DNA of 60,383 bases, the filler included, from Streblomastix strix (taxonomy: Eukaryota): NCBI GenBank assembly GCA_008636045.1. It is 3 parts of 3 records of this genome, joined end to end, with 100 filler letters (N's around TTAATTAATTAA, not from the genome) between each part and the next. Parts side by side here need not be neighbours in the genome. Positions count along the whole stretch, not along the records: positions 40,335 to 60,383 come from SNRW01000463.1; 2 more parts are not named here. One strand, 5' to 3'. Under the pieces are notes generated by a model. The model was not told the origin of the DNA and made no database searches. It saw only the letters and a list, made by a program, of their open reading frames with translations. The translations under genes were made by a program, and so were the position numbers. Below, piece after piece: positions 59,890 through 60,383 of the stretch; position 1 is the stretch's first letter, and the number at the start of each line of letters is the position of its first letter.

Positions 59890-60383
59890 AATGCTGTAAT
59901 TTGATGTTTGTGGTGAGATTTATTGCTGGCGAGTTTATTCTCGCGCTGTAGTTACAAAAAGCATCCTTATAGTTAGAAATTAATTATATAAGAATATATA
60001 TTAATTAATAATTATTATATAAACCTTGAAATTAGCAAAATAAGTCGAAAAAATAATTTTTTTGAAATCAATAATTTTATTATTCAAATTGGTTAAATAT
60101 GTGGATATAAATAAATTCATTTAATAAAGAGTGCAAAATTAATTGATTAGAAAGGAATTGGCATAATTCTAAAAAAAGAGAGGCTGGGGTCTATTAAATT
60201 TGCTGCTCGACGTATAAATCGTTATATGCCTAAATACCCAATACATATTAACTCAAATGAACAAATTTTTCCAGCATTACTTCTTGAACACAAATGAAGG
60301 CTATACATCAAGGAATTTTCTCAAAATTATTATTTTTGCAATTTTCTCTTTATACATTGAGTTTTATACACTTACACCAATTT

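Overview
AT-rich eukaryotic genomic DNA with GT-AG introns. It uses a non-standard code in which TAA and TAG encode Gln and TGA is the only stop, so the supplied standard-code ORF track is mostly fragments or shadow ORFs. The code, intron style and gene families fit an oxymonad such as Streblomastix (inference). The window is three contigs joined by artificial 100-nt N/TTAATTAATTAA spacers. Contig 1 (1-20068) holds one giant gene: a ~19-kb exon encoding >6,300 aa of Gln/Ser/Asn-rich protein, truncated at the contig end. Contig 2 (20169-40234) is rich in mobile DNA and pseudogenes. It contains a Polinton/Maverick-like helicase tail with a 23-bp inverted repeat, a Sola-like DDE transposase, a decayed IFT144/WDR19, and a structurally complete DIRS1-type tyrosine-recombinase retrotransposon (ITRs, ICR, gag, RT/RNase H/adenine-MTase, YR) inserted at TTT in an ABCC fragment. 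It also carries an apparently intact ABCC/MRP transporter. Contig 3 (40335-60383) contains Polinton-like pPolB remnants, a 68-bp tandem repeat, UTP25, an ARM-like gene, and a ~2,290-aa beta-helix surface protein with a recent 1,245-bp internal duplication. All translations were done by eye and no database searches were run.
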